Positions 11,227 through 21,039 of a stretch of 53,877 nucleotides of DNA are shown here, piece by piece. A model generated the notes under the pieces. It made no database searches. It was not told where the DNA came from and saw only the letters and a program-made list of their open reading frames with translations. A program made the position numbers and the translations under genes. Position 1 is the first letter of the stretch. Every line of letters begins with the position of its first letter. The DNA comes from a virus (taxonomy: Duplodnaviria > Caudoviricetes): IMG/VR virus record IMGVR_UViG_3300046170_000029, positions 1 through 53,877 of that record. One strand, written 5' to 3'.

Positions 11227-14200
11227 TTACTTATTAAAAGCTTTTCTAAAAGTTTTACCTATCGTAGTTAGGGTAGCTAAATCTTTTGCATTAGAAGCAT
11301 CAGGCTCTTTATTATTTAAGTCTACATATTTTGTCATGGCTCTTCTGCGAAAGTCTTTGGGTAATTTTCTAAACTCTACTAGTGCTTTTATATAATTACT
11401 AGATTGTCCTGTTTTTATATCGGATAAACCTGTCCTTACTTTATTTAAACGTGCTTTTATAAGAGGTTTTATATCTGAATTTACGTAATCTTGTTCAGAA
11501 AACTTATCTTTAACTGACTTAGGAGAATTTATATATTCTTCTCTTACAATGTTTTCTCTTATCTTTACTGCCCTTACTATTTCAGGCAAGGCTTCTCTAA
11601 GAATTTTATTTTCAAATCGTTTTACAGTAGGTACTTTAGACTTACTGCCTAAATCATATTCATTAAAGCCTAATTTTTTTAAATACTCTCCTTCCAAACT
11701 ATCCTTTGTAGTCAAATTAACACCTAAAAATAACCTAGATAAAGGTGCTACTCTTTTTCTTTCTTCAGTAAATAAATATTCTTTTTTAGGAGCTACCTCT
11801 TCTTCTTCAGGAGTTACAGTAAAACCTCTTTGCCTTAAAGGTTTACCAAGTTCTTTCATAAAAGTAGTGCCAAAGTTTAAGTCAGGGTCTTCTTGCAAAT
11901 CTTTATAAGTTAACCCCCTATTTCCTGATGCCCTTTGTGCCTCTATTACTTGAGCAAAAGGAACAAGCCAACTAGATAAGTATTCTCCTAGAGGTCTAGC
12001 TAATGCTTTAGCACCTGCTTCTTTATCTGTTAAATCAGAACTAGATATAATATCAGATATATCTTGAAATACACTTTGACCAACACCTGTTCTAAAGTTA
12101 GTACCTGCAAAAGTCTCAACGAACTCTCTTGCATCAAAGAAGTCATAAAAAGTTCCATTCTTCATTTGCTTTACAGCTTCTCCTAAATATAAGAACTGTC
12201 TCATAGGAAATTGTGGAGTTATATTTGCTACAGTATCATCATCAACTTTCATTTCTTTGTAGTCTGCGGGAGCATCATCCGATGTTCTATATTGATAAGC
12301 CGCACCAGCAACTGCTATCCCAACTAAATTACGTGATATTCTTTGTCTATCTTTCGGAGTTAATTTTCCTTTACCTACTTTGCCTAACGTAACTATATTA
12401 GCTATTTTACGTGATAGAGGTAAAAGTGAACCCCCACCATATTGACCCATCAGTTCCATACTATTAAACATAAAGCGTGGGAAAGGAAGAACAACAGTTA
12501 AACCATTACGCACAATAAAATTTGAGGTAGACCTAAATACAGGTATATCAGGTTGTTTGGCATAAGTAACATCTAATGCTTTATTGGTAGCATCTGCAAC
12601 TATCTCAGTAAAAGACTTAGCACCTGAAGGTCTCACAGAGGAAGCATCATTTAGTAAGTCACGTATCTTTCCATCATTGAGGGTATCAATTAAGTCTATT
12701 CCATACTCTCTTTTAGTAAGTCTTTCTAGCTCACCTAAGAAAGCACCTCGTCTAACTAAAAATTCTTGCCACCTGTTAGGTATATTTAAAGCTTGAACAG
12801 CATCTTCACCTTCAGTAAGAACTTTATCTAATACACCACCTCTGCCACGACCTGTAGCTATCATAATTTCATTTATATTATTAAATAATAAATCTGATTG
12901 TCCTGCTAACTCAGGTCTATCTAATATAAAATCTACAACTTCTTTAGTTTCTTTTGGGTTCTCAAACATATATCTCATATGTCTAAAACTATCTCTCCAG
13001 TTATTAGGAGATAATAAGCTTTTTGCTCCTGATAAAACACCCTCATTAGATAAATTATACAAAGCAGTGTCTACTACATTACCCAAACCTTCCATAGGTG
13101 CTCTTATACCTGCTGATGTTAAGTTACGAGATGCTGTAGCTATTTGTGATACTAACCCACCTCTACGTATATTCTCAACACGCATAATAGTATTACGTAT
13201 AACATCTTGATTCTTTAATGTAGCAGCTTGTTGCAAAGCTACCATTTCATTTACGGGTCTTGCTCTTTTTATTTGAGATAATTTATTTAATACTTTACCC
13301 GCTGTTGAACCTGAACCAACAACAGTTAGTACATAGTCTTCAAAAGATACATCATATTTATTTAACATATCTATGAGTTTGTCACCTGCTATTAACTGTT
13401 TGTTTACAGTTAGCTCGAACAGGTTATCAATAATTGTTTTATTATTTTTAAACGCTTCAGGATTAGCTTTCTTTAAATCACTAGCTACTGCAACAATACC
13501 ATCAAACTTTTCTGGTTTTAATATAGGTTGCAGAAGCGTGTCACCTTGACCAAATAGTCTAGCATCATCGCTTATCTTTGCACTTCCTGTAACCTCCTCT
13601 AGAACTTTGTCTGATAGACTAGCTCCTTTAGATTCAGTTATATCTACAGCAGTGTCTATACCTGCTTCTCTAGCTAAATTATAGTCTAAGGTTTTTTGAC
13701 CAGTTTTACTAGTCTTTGATATAGTTTTACCAGTGCTTTTTTCAAACTCAGTAATAAGTTGATTAGCAATTTCTTTATTTTGATTAGCCACTTTACTAGC
13801 TTCATCCTGTTTCTCCTTTAATTGTTGTGCTGTAGCACCCTTCATCTTCTGTACGTTAAGTCTTCTATTCCAATCCTTTACTGCCTTTTCTTTTTTCTTG
13901 GCTAGTTCTGCACTCAACCTCCTAGAAATACGTGCACTAGCAGTAGGAAATTTTACCACATTACCTAAGACAGGCACAGTTTCCAAAAACTCTATACCTG
14001 CCATAGTACCTCTACCCATTTTTGAAGCAAAGTCTTTAGGGTTTATTCCTATTGCACTATCATAAGCATCAGGGAACGCTTCTTGGGTTTCTTTAGCTAC
14101 CTTCTCTATAACATCTTGGTAACTAGCACCTAGATAATTCATACCATAGCCTAAAGCATTCAATACTTTATAACCCGGACTGCCTGTTATATTCAAGAAC

Positions 14201-14841
14201 TTCTTCATTAAGTTAGTACTACCATCTTCATTAGTATCAGGCATACTATTAACCATGTCAGTTATAAATTTATCTTCTTCTTTTGCTGTCATTTCAGGAA
14301 CTTCAAAGTCTTCATCCAACTTTTCTATTCTACGAAAATCCATTTCATTCTTTGCATTTTGTTTTTGAACAGCGACTGCTTGTGACTCTGTATTATAAGT
14401 AAAACCAAAAGGGATAGCATCACTTTTAGTACTGATATGACCTGCAGTAACGCCCTCATCATCAAGTGCTACAGGACTTACCTCATTTACTATGCCTAAT
14501 TCCTTAGCTGCATCATAGTCTACGAGTTTTCCATTATCAAATAGTTCAGGGTATTTCTCACTGTACTGATTGTATAGGTTATCTTGGGAAGGAGCTAACA
14601 TCCTTTCAGTTTGTTCTTTAAGTTCGTGCTCTTCAGGTACATTAGAGACAGCAACTGTATCAACTATACTAGTAGACACCTCTTCTGGTGCATCATCTTC
14701 TATATTAGATAGTTGATTTAGTAGAGCTTCAGTATTAATATCTTGATTGACTTCTTCTTTTTCCACAATGGTTTGTTCTTCATCACCATCGTCAGGAATA
14801 GAAGATAACTGATTTGTAATTATATCATTATTTAAATCCAT
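11227..14841 (-). CDS. Large putative internal virion (ejection) protein
   Basis: 1204 aa, last gene of the morphogenesis arm, acidic N-terminus, helical composition; position typical of podovirus core proteins. Confidence 0.6.
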   Translation of the reverse strand: MDLNNDIITNQLSSIPDDGDEEQTIVEKEEVNQDINTEALLNQLSNIEDDAPEEVSTSIVDTVAVSNVPEEHELKEQTERMLAPSQDNLYNQYSEKYPELFDNGKLVDYDAAKELGIVNEVSPVALDDEGVTAGHISTKSDAIPFGFTYNTESQAVAVQKQNAKNEMDFRRIEKLDEDFEVPEMTAKEEDKFITDMVNSMPDTNEDGSTNLMKKFLNITGSPGYKVLNALGYGMNYLGASYQDVIEKVAKETQEAFPDAYDSAIGINPKDFASKMGRGTMAGIEFLETVPVLGNVVKFPTASARISRRLSAELAKKKEKAVKDWNRRLNVQKMKGATAQQLKEKQDEASKVANQNKEIANQLITEFEKSTGKTISKTSKTGQKTLDYNLAREAGIDTAVDITESKGASLSDKVLEEVTGSAKISDDARLFGQGDTLLQPILKPEKFDGIVAVASDLKKANPEAFKNNKTIIDNLFELTVNKQLIAGDKLIDMLNKYDVSFEDYVLTVVGSGSTAGKVLNKLSQIKRARPVNEMVALQQAATLKNQDVIRNTIMRVENIRRGGLVSQIATASRNLTSAGIRAPMEGLGNVVDTALYNLSNEGVLSGAKSLLSPNNWRDSFRHMRYMFENPKETKEVVDFILDRPELAGQSDLLFNNINEIMIATGRGRGGVLDKVLTEGEDAVQALNIPNRWQEFLVRRGAFLGELERLTKREYGIDLIDTLNDGKIRDLLNDASSVRPSGAKSFTEIVADATNKALDVTYAKQPDIPVFRSTSNFIVRNGLTVVLPFPRFMFNSMELMGQYGGGSLLPLSRKIANIVTLGKVGKGKLTPKDRQRISRNLVGIAVAGAAYQYRTSDDAPADYKEMKVDDDTVANITPQFPMRQFLYLGEAVKQMKNGTFYDFFDAREFVETFAGTNFRTGVGQSVFQDISDIISSSDLTDKEAGAKALARPLGEYLSSWLVPFAQVIEAQRASGNRGLTYKDLQEDPDLNFGTTFMKELGKPLRQRGFTVTPEEEEVAPKKEYLFTEERKRVAPLSRLFLGVNLTTKDSLEGEYLKKLGFNEYDLGSKSKVPTVKRFENKILREALPEIVRAVKIRENIVREEYINSPKSVKDKFSEQDYVNSDIKPLIKARLNKVRTGLSDIKTGQSSNYIKALVEFRKLPKDFRRRAMTKYVDLNNKEPDASNAKDLATLTTIGKTFRKAFNK

Positions 14842-16128
14842 TTAGAGAAACCCTACCCCAGTCCATATTATAGTTTTAGTTTTAGGATTTCCTCTCTCAT
14901 CCATTTCGCCTGTTTTATAAGTAACAACATCCCCGGGCTTGACTAATGGTTCTTTGATAATTTTACCAGCATTATCTCTCTCTCCAATTACACCTTTTTC
15001 TAAGTCAACTCTGCTCTCTAACATATGATATTTCTTTCCTCTTAAGTTTACTCCTTGCCTGAAGTCATACTTATAGGCTTTAATATCTTGTTGAGTATTT
15101 TGTATAACACTATTTATTTTCTTAGATAGTACGTTGTCAGTATTACCATATTCTTTTTTTAAGTTTTCCATACCTCTTAAAGTACCTGCGAATATCTTAT
15201 GCTCATTACCTTCTAATTGTGTTACCAGTTCTCCCTCTAGGCTTTTTACAATATTAGAATCATTAACACCTCTAGTTATACCATTGTTAACTATCTTATC
15301 TCTGTTAGTTTTACTAAACATGGATGACTCACTTGTACCTGCCCGTTTAACAGATAGTTTTTTGTTATGTTCTTCTTTTATTCTTTCTAGTATTGTTTTC
15401 CTTTTAGTTTTAAGAAAATCTAATTTTTCCTTATCTTTTGTATAAAACATTTCATCTTCAATTTTTAATAATGTAGCTTCGTTTGTTGAACCACTTTCAA
15501 ATCTATTAGTTTTTTCAAATGCTTTAAACTCCATAAACTCATTATAGTTTATTTTAGCAGGAGTAATAAAAGACGTATCTGTAACAGTTTCTTTTGGCAA
15601 CGGTGCTATAGTGTCTGTTTGTCTCATTACTTGTTTTCCTAATTTAGGTTTAAATAAAGCACTATATAAACCTGACGCAGGAATATCTTCATCGTAGGCA
15701 GGTAATGGCTTAACTGCACCCACAGAACCATCTACGAAATTGTTTAAATAATCTGCTGGTTTAATGTTTTCAGGAGCATTAACAGATGAAAATTCTAAAG
15801 CCTTATTAATATCAAAGTCATCACCTAAAGTTCTTTGACTTTTAACAGCAACATCATAAAACTTATTAGCATCAGATATATTATTTCCTGCTGCCTTATA
15901 CATTTGTATAGCTTTTGTTGTATCACCGCCCACCAAACTAGCTAACTTTAAAACACTTTCTCTTAACTCTTCTTTCTCTTTATCTTTTCTTTCTAATGCT
16001 GCCCTTCTACGAGTAACACGATATTGTGCCATACCGTCAATTCTATCTTGAGTACGTTTCATGTCTGTTTTAAGTTGGTCATCTACACTTTTAGCGAGAC
16101 CTGTTAAAAAACCTGTAGCAAAACTCAT
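14842..16128 (-). CDS. Putative internal virion protein
   Basis: N-terminal MSFATGFLTGLAKSV followed by coiled coil; operon context. Confidence 0.55.
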   Translation of the reverse strand: MSFATGFLTGLAKSVDDQLKTDMKRTQDRIDGMAQYRVTRRRAALERKDKEKEELRESVLKLASLVGGDTTKAIQMYKAAGNNISDANKFYDVAVKSQRTLGDDFDINKALEFSSVNAPENIKPADYLNNFVDGSVGAVKPLPAYDEDIPASGLYSALFKPKLGKQVMRQTDTIAPLPKETVTDTSFITPAKINYNEFMEFKAFEKTNRFESGSTNEATLLKIEDEMFYTKDKEKLDFLKTKRKTILERIKEEHNKKLSVKRAGTSESSMFSKTNRDKIVNNGITRGVNDSNIVKSLEGELVTQLEGNEHKIFAGTLRGMENLKKEYGNTDNVLSKKINSVIQNTQQDIKAYKYDFRQGVNLRGKKYHMLESRVDLEKGVIGERDNAGKIIKEPLVKPGDVVTYKTGEMDERGNPKTKTIIWTGVGFL

Positions 16129-16679
16129 TGTGTTCTCCTTGCCATTAAGCCTTTAGGCTCTTCTATTTCGTCATCTTCCATTGATATATCGTTAGTGTCT
16201 TCCATCTCCATTTCATCTTCGCCTTTAATTTCATCCTCACTGAACAACATACCTTCTTTTGCATCTAATTCAGTTTGTAATTTAGTTCGCACACTTTCTA
16301 ACAATGTATCTCTTGTTTTACCTTTATTAGGATTTTCCATACCACTGTCATACTTAATACCTGCCATGTCACCAACAAGCATAATCATTTCCATAAGTAG
16401 CGGCATTACTAACATGCCTACATCAATACTGTGTTTACCATCCATAACACCTGCCATCTGAATTGTATTAGCAAGAGTTGTGACAGGTACATCCATCTCT
16501 AATACATCTACAAGTTGGTCAGCAAAATCTTCAGATGCCATTCTATCTAAGTAATATTCAATTGCTTCATCAACAGTAGTATATTGAGGTGCTTGTTGCC
16601 AAGGTCTACCACCTAACTCTGATGTCATGTGTTGCCCTGCTATCGGAGCATCTAGTGCGATTTCATTAAGCTCTGCCAT
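16125..16679 (-). CDS. Hypothetical virion-module protein
   Basis: DAPIAGQHMT.ELG.RPWQQAPQY; C-terminal KGLMARR. Confidence 0.65.
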   Translation of the reverse strand: MAELNEIALDAPIAGQHMTSELGGRPWQQAPQYTTVDEAIEYYLDRMASEDFADQLVDVLEMDVPVTTLANTIQMAGVMDGKHSIDVGMLVMPLLMEMIMLVGDMAGIKYDSGMENPNKGKTRDTLLESVRTKLQTELDAKEGMLFSEDEIKGEDEMEMEDTNDISMEDDEIEEPKGLMARRTQ

Positions 16680-16884
16680 TTACTTCTTCTCTTTTTCTAC
16701 GTATAATAGATACATGTTTAGCAACCCTAATAGAAGGTTGCTCTACATCCATTTCTTTTCTAACCTTATTTGCTTGACCACGTGACAATAAACCACGTGT
16801 AGCTTTTATATCAGTGTCTTCACCTTTTTCAACTTGAAGATTTCTATATAAAGTCTGTGCAGGATTATTTCCAATACTAGCCAT
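16666..16884 (-). CDS. Small hypothetical protein
   Basis: MASIGNNPAQ... with AAGGA RBS; contains RGLLSR. Confidence 0.55.
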   Translation of the reverse strand: MASIGNNPAQTLYRNLQVEKGEDTDIKATRGLLSRGQANKVRKEMDVEQPSIRVAKHVSIIRRKREEVNGRA

Positions 16885-19800
16885 ATGACACCATCCTTTT
16901 CTTTTCAACTACTAAGTCCATTAGTTTTTTAGTAACCCATTTAAGCACGGGCTTATTCTTGATAAACTTAGCATAGTCTTCACCATACTTTTTATATAAT
17001 TTAACAAACCACTTAGGTGCTTTGTAGTTTAACCACATACGGAATACATACCAACGTGGGTCACCTTTACCATACACCTCTCTAGCCACCCAACAGAAAC
17101 CACCAAAACTAGACATGATGTACGCACTTCCTAATGTACCTATTAAGCTACCAATAGCATTACCTGCAGCTGTTGATGCTCCTCGTTTAGCAACAGCAGC
17201 TTGAGTGTCAGCATTTAAGTTAGCGATAGACATATCAGCGTATCTATTCAACTCATTCTCAGCAGATGTCCATGCCCATTCCATTGTGTCTCCATAGTAG
17301 TTCCACAAGTTATTATAGGCTTGATTAGATGTCTGCAATAAATTAGTAGCATTTATTTCATTGACACGATTTGTTGTCGCTGTGTTTATTGTAGCAATTT
17401 GCCTTCGCCATTGTGCGTTATTCTGTGCAATTACAAGTTGGTTCTGAGCATTGAAAGTATCACGCTGATTGTTAAGTTCAGCATTAAATCTTTCTAATAC
17501 ATTTCTCTGACCTGCGTTATATTGTGATTGAGCATTGGCTTGAGTTGCATTAAACTGGGCTGTTTGAGTTGCTAGATTAGCAAAGAATTGGTCAGTTTGA
17601 TTTTGACTTGATGCATTAAATTGTCTAGCAGCATTTTCCGCCGCTTGGTCAGTAAACAATGATTGCACTCTTTGCTGTGCCTTAAACAATTCTGTCTGCT
17701 GACGATTACTTAAGTTAGCCATGTCTCTTTGTAAGAATGATTGTGCATTCTGAACTGCTGCTTGCTGTCTGTTATTTAAATTAGCTGTATCTAAGTTAGC
17801 GAGAGCAGAAGCTTCAGCCATAACCAACGCCTGATTATTACTTAAGTTCTGTAAATTCATAGTGTTAGCAACACGACTATTCTCTAGTGCTATCTGTTGT
17901 TCAGCAGTAAAGTTTTGATTAGCTACATCAGCTATTCTAGAAGCATTTTGAACTCTTGCTTGAAAGGCTTGGTCAAACTCTTGACCTATAAACTGTGCAC
18001 GTTGTTGTGCAGCAAGCATTGCTCTCTGCTGTCGATTAGATAAGTTTTGAGATTCAAACTGTGCTTGTGTTTGTGCATCAGCCTGTGCTATTGGAAGGGC
18101 AGATTCTAATGCACCTTGTATAAGTGCTTGACCTGCAATTGAAGATGCACCCAAACCTCTAGCTGCTAGTTTGCCTTGGATAGCACGAAGAGTTCCAGCT
18201 GCCCATGCAGGTGGATTGTTAGCATCAAAGTCTGCAGTAAGTTCAGCTAGTTGCCCTTGTACAGTAGCTTTTGCTGAAGGTGTAGCAGTCGCTGCCTGTA
18301 TTTGCTCAGTGAACTTTGAAGCCTTCTCTGCATCTGCTACACCTGATATTAATTCACCATCCTGTATTTCACGTTGTACAGGGTTCTCTAACAGTGTAGC
18401 GTTACCTTGAGCAGCATCTAAATTACCAACGCTTGATGTTGTTTGTTGTGCTGCAGTAACTTTAGCTCTTGGGTCATTAGGGTCTACTTGAGCTGCTTGT
18501 GTAGCATTTAAAGCTGTGTTTACAGCGGTAGCACTATCAGCGGCAGTCATTGTGGCAGTGTCTGTTTGTGTAGGTACTTCTGCCATAGTCGTAGTAGCCA
18601 TAGCAGTAGGAACTGCGACAGCACCTTCAACCTGACCGACATCAGTTCCTATCATTTGACTAGGGTCTTGCTGTACACCTGCTCCTTGAACCACTGTACC
18701 CGGGGGTAATGAAGGGTCTTGCAGACGTTCTGCAGTTATATCTGTTATATCCCTTTTACTCTTAGGTTGTGCAGGTAAATAACCGGGTATTGTAGCTATA
18801 GGGCTATTTTTTTGTACATTTAAAAGTGAACCATCAACAGTTATACCAGAATCTTGTGCATATTTTTTAAACTCTTCGGTAAAAGTCTTACCATCTTCTC
18901 TATACAGAGGACCACTATATATGTTTTGCACATATTTTAATATTGAATCTGACCTTTTTTTCAAATCCTCTGGTTTAGGAGTAGGTGCTAATTCCTTTTC
19001 TAATTCTTTAGACATCTCATCAAAAGAAGTTTGAATAGCAGGATTCTTAAAAGTTCCTGTTTCAGGAAAAACTTCTACATTTTTTCTGTAGTCAGCATAA
19101 GGGTCTTCAGGTGGTTGATATGGTTGTGTTGTAGGTATATACTGCTGTGGTAACCCTTGAGGTTGTCTTGGGTCAATAGGAAACAAACCACCATCATCTT
19201 CACCTCCAGCCATTGTTTTAGCTATAGGTCGTTGCATAGGTGGTAGCTCAGGTGGTTGCATAGGTGGCACTGGCTCACCTTCTTCACCCTGTGCTTCTGT
19301 TGTAACTTGTGGCGGTCTGTCAAATATAGGTAGAGGTTCTAGTGGTGGCTCACCTTCTTCACCATATGCCATAGTTGTTGCTATAGGGCGATTAGCTATT
19401 AAAGGTCTAGGACCAGTACCATCTTCACCCATAGCTCTAGTTGCTCCGACAGGTCTAGCTATAGCATCAGCCATATTACCATCTTCGCCTACAGCTTGTG
19501 TAATAGGTGGCATAGTTGGAATTTTTCCTATAAGTTTACCACCTATATCGCCATCATCTTCACCGACTGCCATGGTTTTTGCAATAGGTTGATTAACAAG
19601 CGGTGAAAGACTTGGATTAAAATCTTCTGCTCCCCTTGTCATCTGTTTTACTATTTTGGGGTCTAATTGTTGAATATCACCTATAGGCATACCACCACTA
19701 CCATCTTCACCCATAGCTCTAGTTGTTGAACTTACTCGCTTTGGCATTTGGGGAAGGTTACCGCCATATGCTCGTCTAGTTTCTTGACGTGGTGCTTCTG

Positions 19801-20062
19801 GTAGATTTTGTATTTGACCTGCAGGTGTAGTGGGAACAGCACTTTGAAATTGTTTATCATTAAGTGTTCCACCTACTTGCATCTTACGTACAGCACCACC
19901 CTGTGCCATTTGCATAGCACGTTGATTGTACATATTCATCATGTTTTGTTTGTCAGGGTTCTGCTGTAAGTAACTGTCAAAGCCTTCCATGCTACCAGTA
20001 TAACCCATACGGTTAGCTATCTTTTGTAATCCTTGTGGCTTAAAGCCTTTAAACATTGCCAT
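16877..20062 (-). CDS. Putative internal virion protein with N-terminal plesiocin-like core repeats, Q/N/A-rich coiled coil, hydrophobic Gly-rich segment and C-terminal CWVAREVYG domain
   Basis: 1061 aa; seven (T/K/x)TxAxGE(D/E) repeats; long QFNA/NLSN-type repeats; GSLIGTLGSAY segment. Confidence 0.7.
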   Translation of the reverse strand: MAMFKGFKPQGLQKIANRMGYTGSMEGFDSYLQQNPDKQNMMNMYNQRAMQMAQGGAVRKMQVGGTLNDKQFQSAVPTTPAGQIQNLPEAPRQETRRAYGGNLPQMPKRVSSTTRAMGEDGSGGMPIGDIQQLDPKIVKQMTRGAEDFNPSLSPLVNQPIAKTMAVGEDDGDIGGKLIGKIPTMPPITQAVGEDGNMADAIARPVGATRAMGEDGTGPRPLIANRPIATTMAYGEEGEPPLEPLPIFDRPPQVTTEAQGEEGEPVPPMQPPELPPMQRPIAKTMAGGEDDGGLFPIDPRQPQGLPQQYIPTTQPYQPPEDPYADYRKNVEVFPETGTFKNPAIQTSFDEMSKELEKELAPTPKPEDLKKRSDSILKYVQNIYSGPLYREDGKTFTEEFKKYAQDSGITVDGSLLNVQKNSPIATIPGYLPAQPKSKRDITDITAERLQDPSLPPGTVVQGAGVQQDPSQMIGTDVGQVEGAVAVPTAMATTTMAEVPTQTDTATMTAADSATAVNTALNATQAAQVDPNDPRAKVTAAQQTTSSVGNLDAAQGNATLLENPVQREIQDGELISGVADAEKASKFTEQIQAATATPSAKATVQGQLAELTADFDANNPPAWAAGTLRAIQGKLAARGLGASSIAGQALIQGALESALPIAQADAQTQAQFESQNLSNRQQRAMLAAQQRAQFIGQEFDQAFQARVQNASRIADVANQNFTAEQQIALENSRVANTMNLQNLSNNQALVMAEASALANLDTANLNNRQQAAVQNAQSFLQRDMANLSNRQQTELFKAQQRVQSLFTDQAAENAARQFNASSQNQTDQFFANLATQTAQFNATQANAQSQYNAGQRNVLERFNAELNNQRDTFNAQNQLVIAQNNAQWRRQIATINTATTNRVNEINATNLLQTSNQAYNNLWNYYGDTMEWAWTSAENELNRYADMSIANLNADTQAAVAKRGASTAAGNAIGSLIGTLGSAYIMSSFGGFCWVAREVYGKGDPRWYVFRMWLNYKAPKWFVKLYKKYGEDYAKFIKNKPVLKWVTKKLMDLVVEKKRMVSYG
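19190..19730 (-). repeat. Seven dispersed TxAxGE(D/E)(D)G peptide repeats
   Basis: TTRAMGEDG, KTMAVGEDDG, ITQAVGEDG, ATRAMGEDG, TTMAYGEEG, TTEAQGEEG, KTMAGGEDDG, separated by Pro-rich linkers. Confidence 0.9.
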
Positions 20063-20072
20063 ATTATTTTAC

Positions 20073-20840
20073 CTATATATTGTTAAGTTCATATCTTATT
20101 GCTTTAGCTAACTTGCCTTGCACTTCCAAATCAAAAGCTACAAACATAGGACCTGTATTTGTTTCTAAATACCATAGCCCTTCTTCATCTTCCATGAAAT
20201 CACTAGCACCAAAGTTTAAGTTTAATCTTTGCATTAAGTGCTTTACTTTTTCTACTGTAACGTCATCTATTTCTGTAACAACAACCTTACTTTCAGGGTC
20301 ATCTCGGTAGTCTAGTTTATCTGTTACTACCTCAAAAGCAAAGTGTTTATCATTTACAACATACAATCTTTTATTTCTACCTGTTATCTTTTGTTGTATA
20401 ATACAAGGGTAAACAGCTTCGTTGCCTTCTAGTGTATGTTGCCCACCTGTTACAGGTTTTATTATAGTATTCTGTTTAGTGCTTTTTTCGGTTACTTCTG
20501 TGTAAGGTAGTCTTAAACCCAACTGTTTTGCTATGATTAAATTATTTAACTTTCTTACTTCTTGATAACGATAGTCTTTATTATATGTAGTTACTTTGTG
20601 ACATTGTATATAATTACTCAGTATATGAAAGTTTGTATATTTCTTAAAAGTACTCTCTTCAAATACATTGTTTCTCATATATATAGCAGTTAAATCTGTT
20701 ACAGGTTGACCTTCTATATATAATACATCTTCTGTTATATTCCATTCTATGTTAGCGTCTTGGTCTATAAACTTATCAAAAAGAGGATGTAGTGCTTTTA
20801 CATTTGGGTCACTTAATTGACCAAATAAATATGTTGACAT
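20073..20840 (-). CDS. ATP-grasp ligase, RimK/graspetide-synthetase-like
   Basis: RKLNNLIIAKQLGLRLPYT, IIKPVTGG, PCIIQQKITG..RLYVV, DYR, FGASDF, YLETNTGP. Confidence 0.88.
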   Translation of the reverse strand: MSTYLFGQLSDPNVKALHPLFDKFIDQDANIEWNITEDVLYIEGQPVTDLTAIYMRNNVFEESTFKKYTNFHILSNYIQCHKVTTYNKDYRYQEVRKLNNLIIAKQLGLRLPYTEVTEKSTKQNTIIKPVTGGQHTLEGNEAVYPCIIQQKITGRNKRLYVVNDKHFAFEVVTDKLDYRDDPESKVVVTEIDDVTVEKVKHLMQRLNLNFGASDFMEDEEGLWYLETNTGPMFVAFDLEVQGKLAKAIRYELNNI

Positions 20841-20844
20841 ACAC

Positions 20845-21039
20845 CTACTTCATCACAATCGCAACCACTAAAGCTACCACACCAAGTGTACCCACCATAG
20901 ACATAGCTTCTATTCGCCACATTCTTTTGTCTAGGGTTTCTAGCTTGTCATTAACTGCTTGGTAGCGGACAGCACACTCTTTCTCATGTGCATCCAATTC
21001 CATTTGTACTTTGAGTTCAGGTTGTATTTCCATTTTCAC
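20845..21039 (-). CDS. Small coiled-coil + C-terminal TM protein
   Basis: HEKECAVRY..LDKRMWRIE followed by a hydrophobic C-terminus. Confidence 0.65.
   Translation of the reverse strand: MKMEIQPELKVQMELDAHEKECAVRYQAVNDKLETLDKRMWRIEAMSMVGTLGVVALVVAIVMK

Noticed and set aside
17200-18700. Q/N/A-rich repeats in the 1061-aa protein as a separate repeat system or tape measure
   Set aside because: Consistent with ordinary coiled-coil internal virion protein; no tail tube or sheath genes indicate a long tail.
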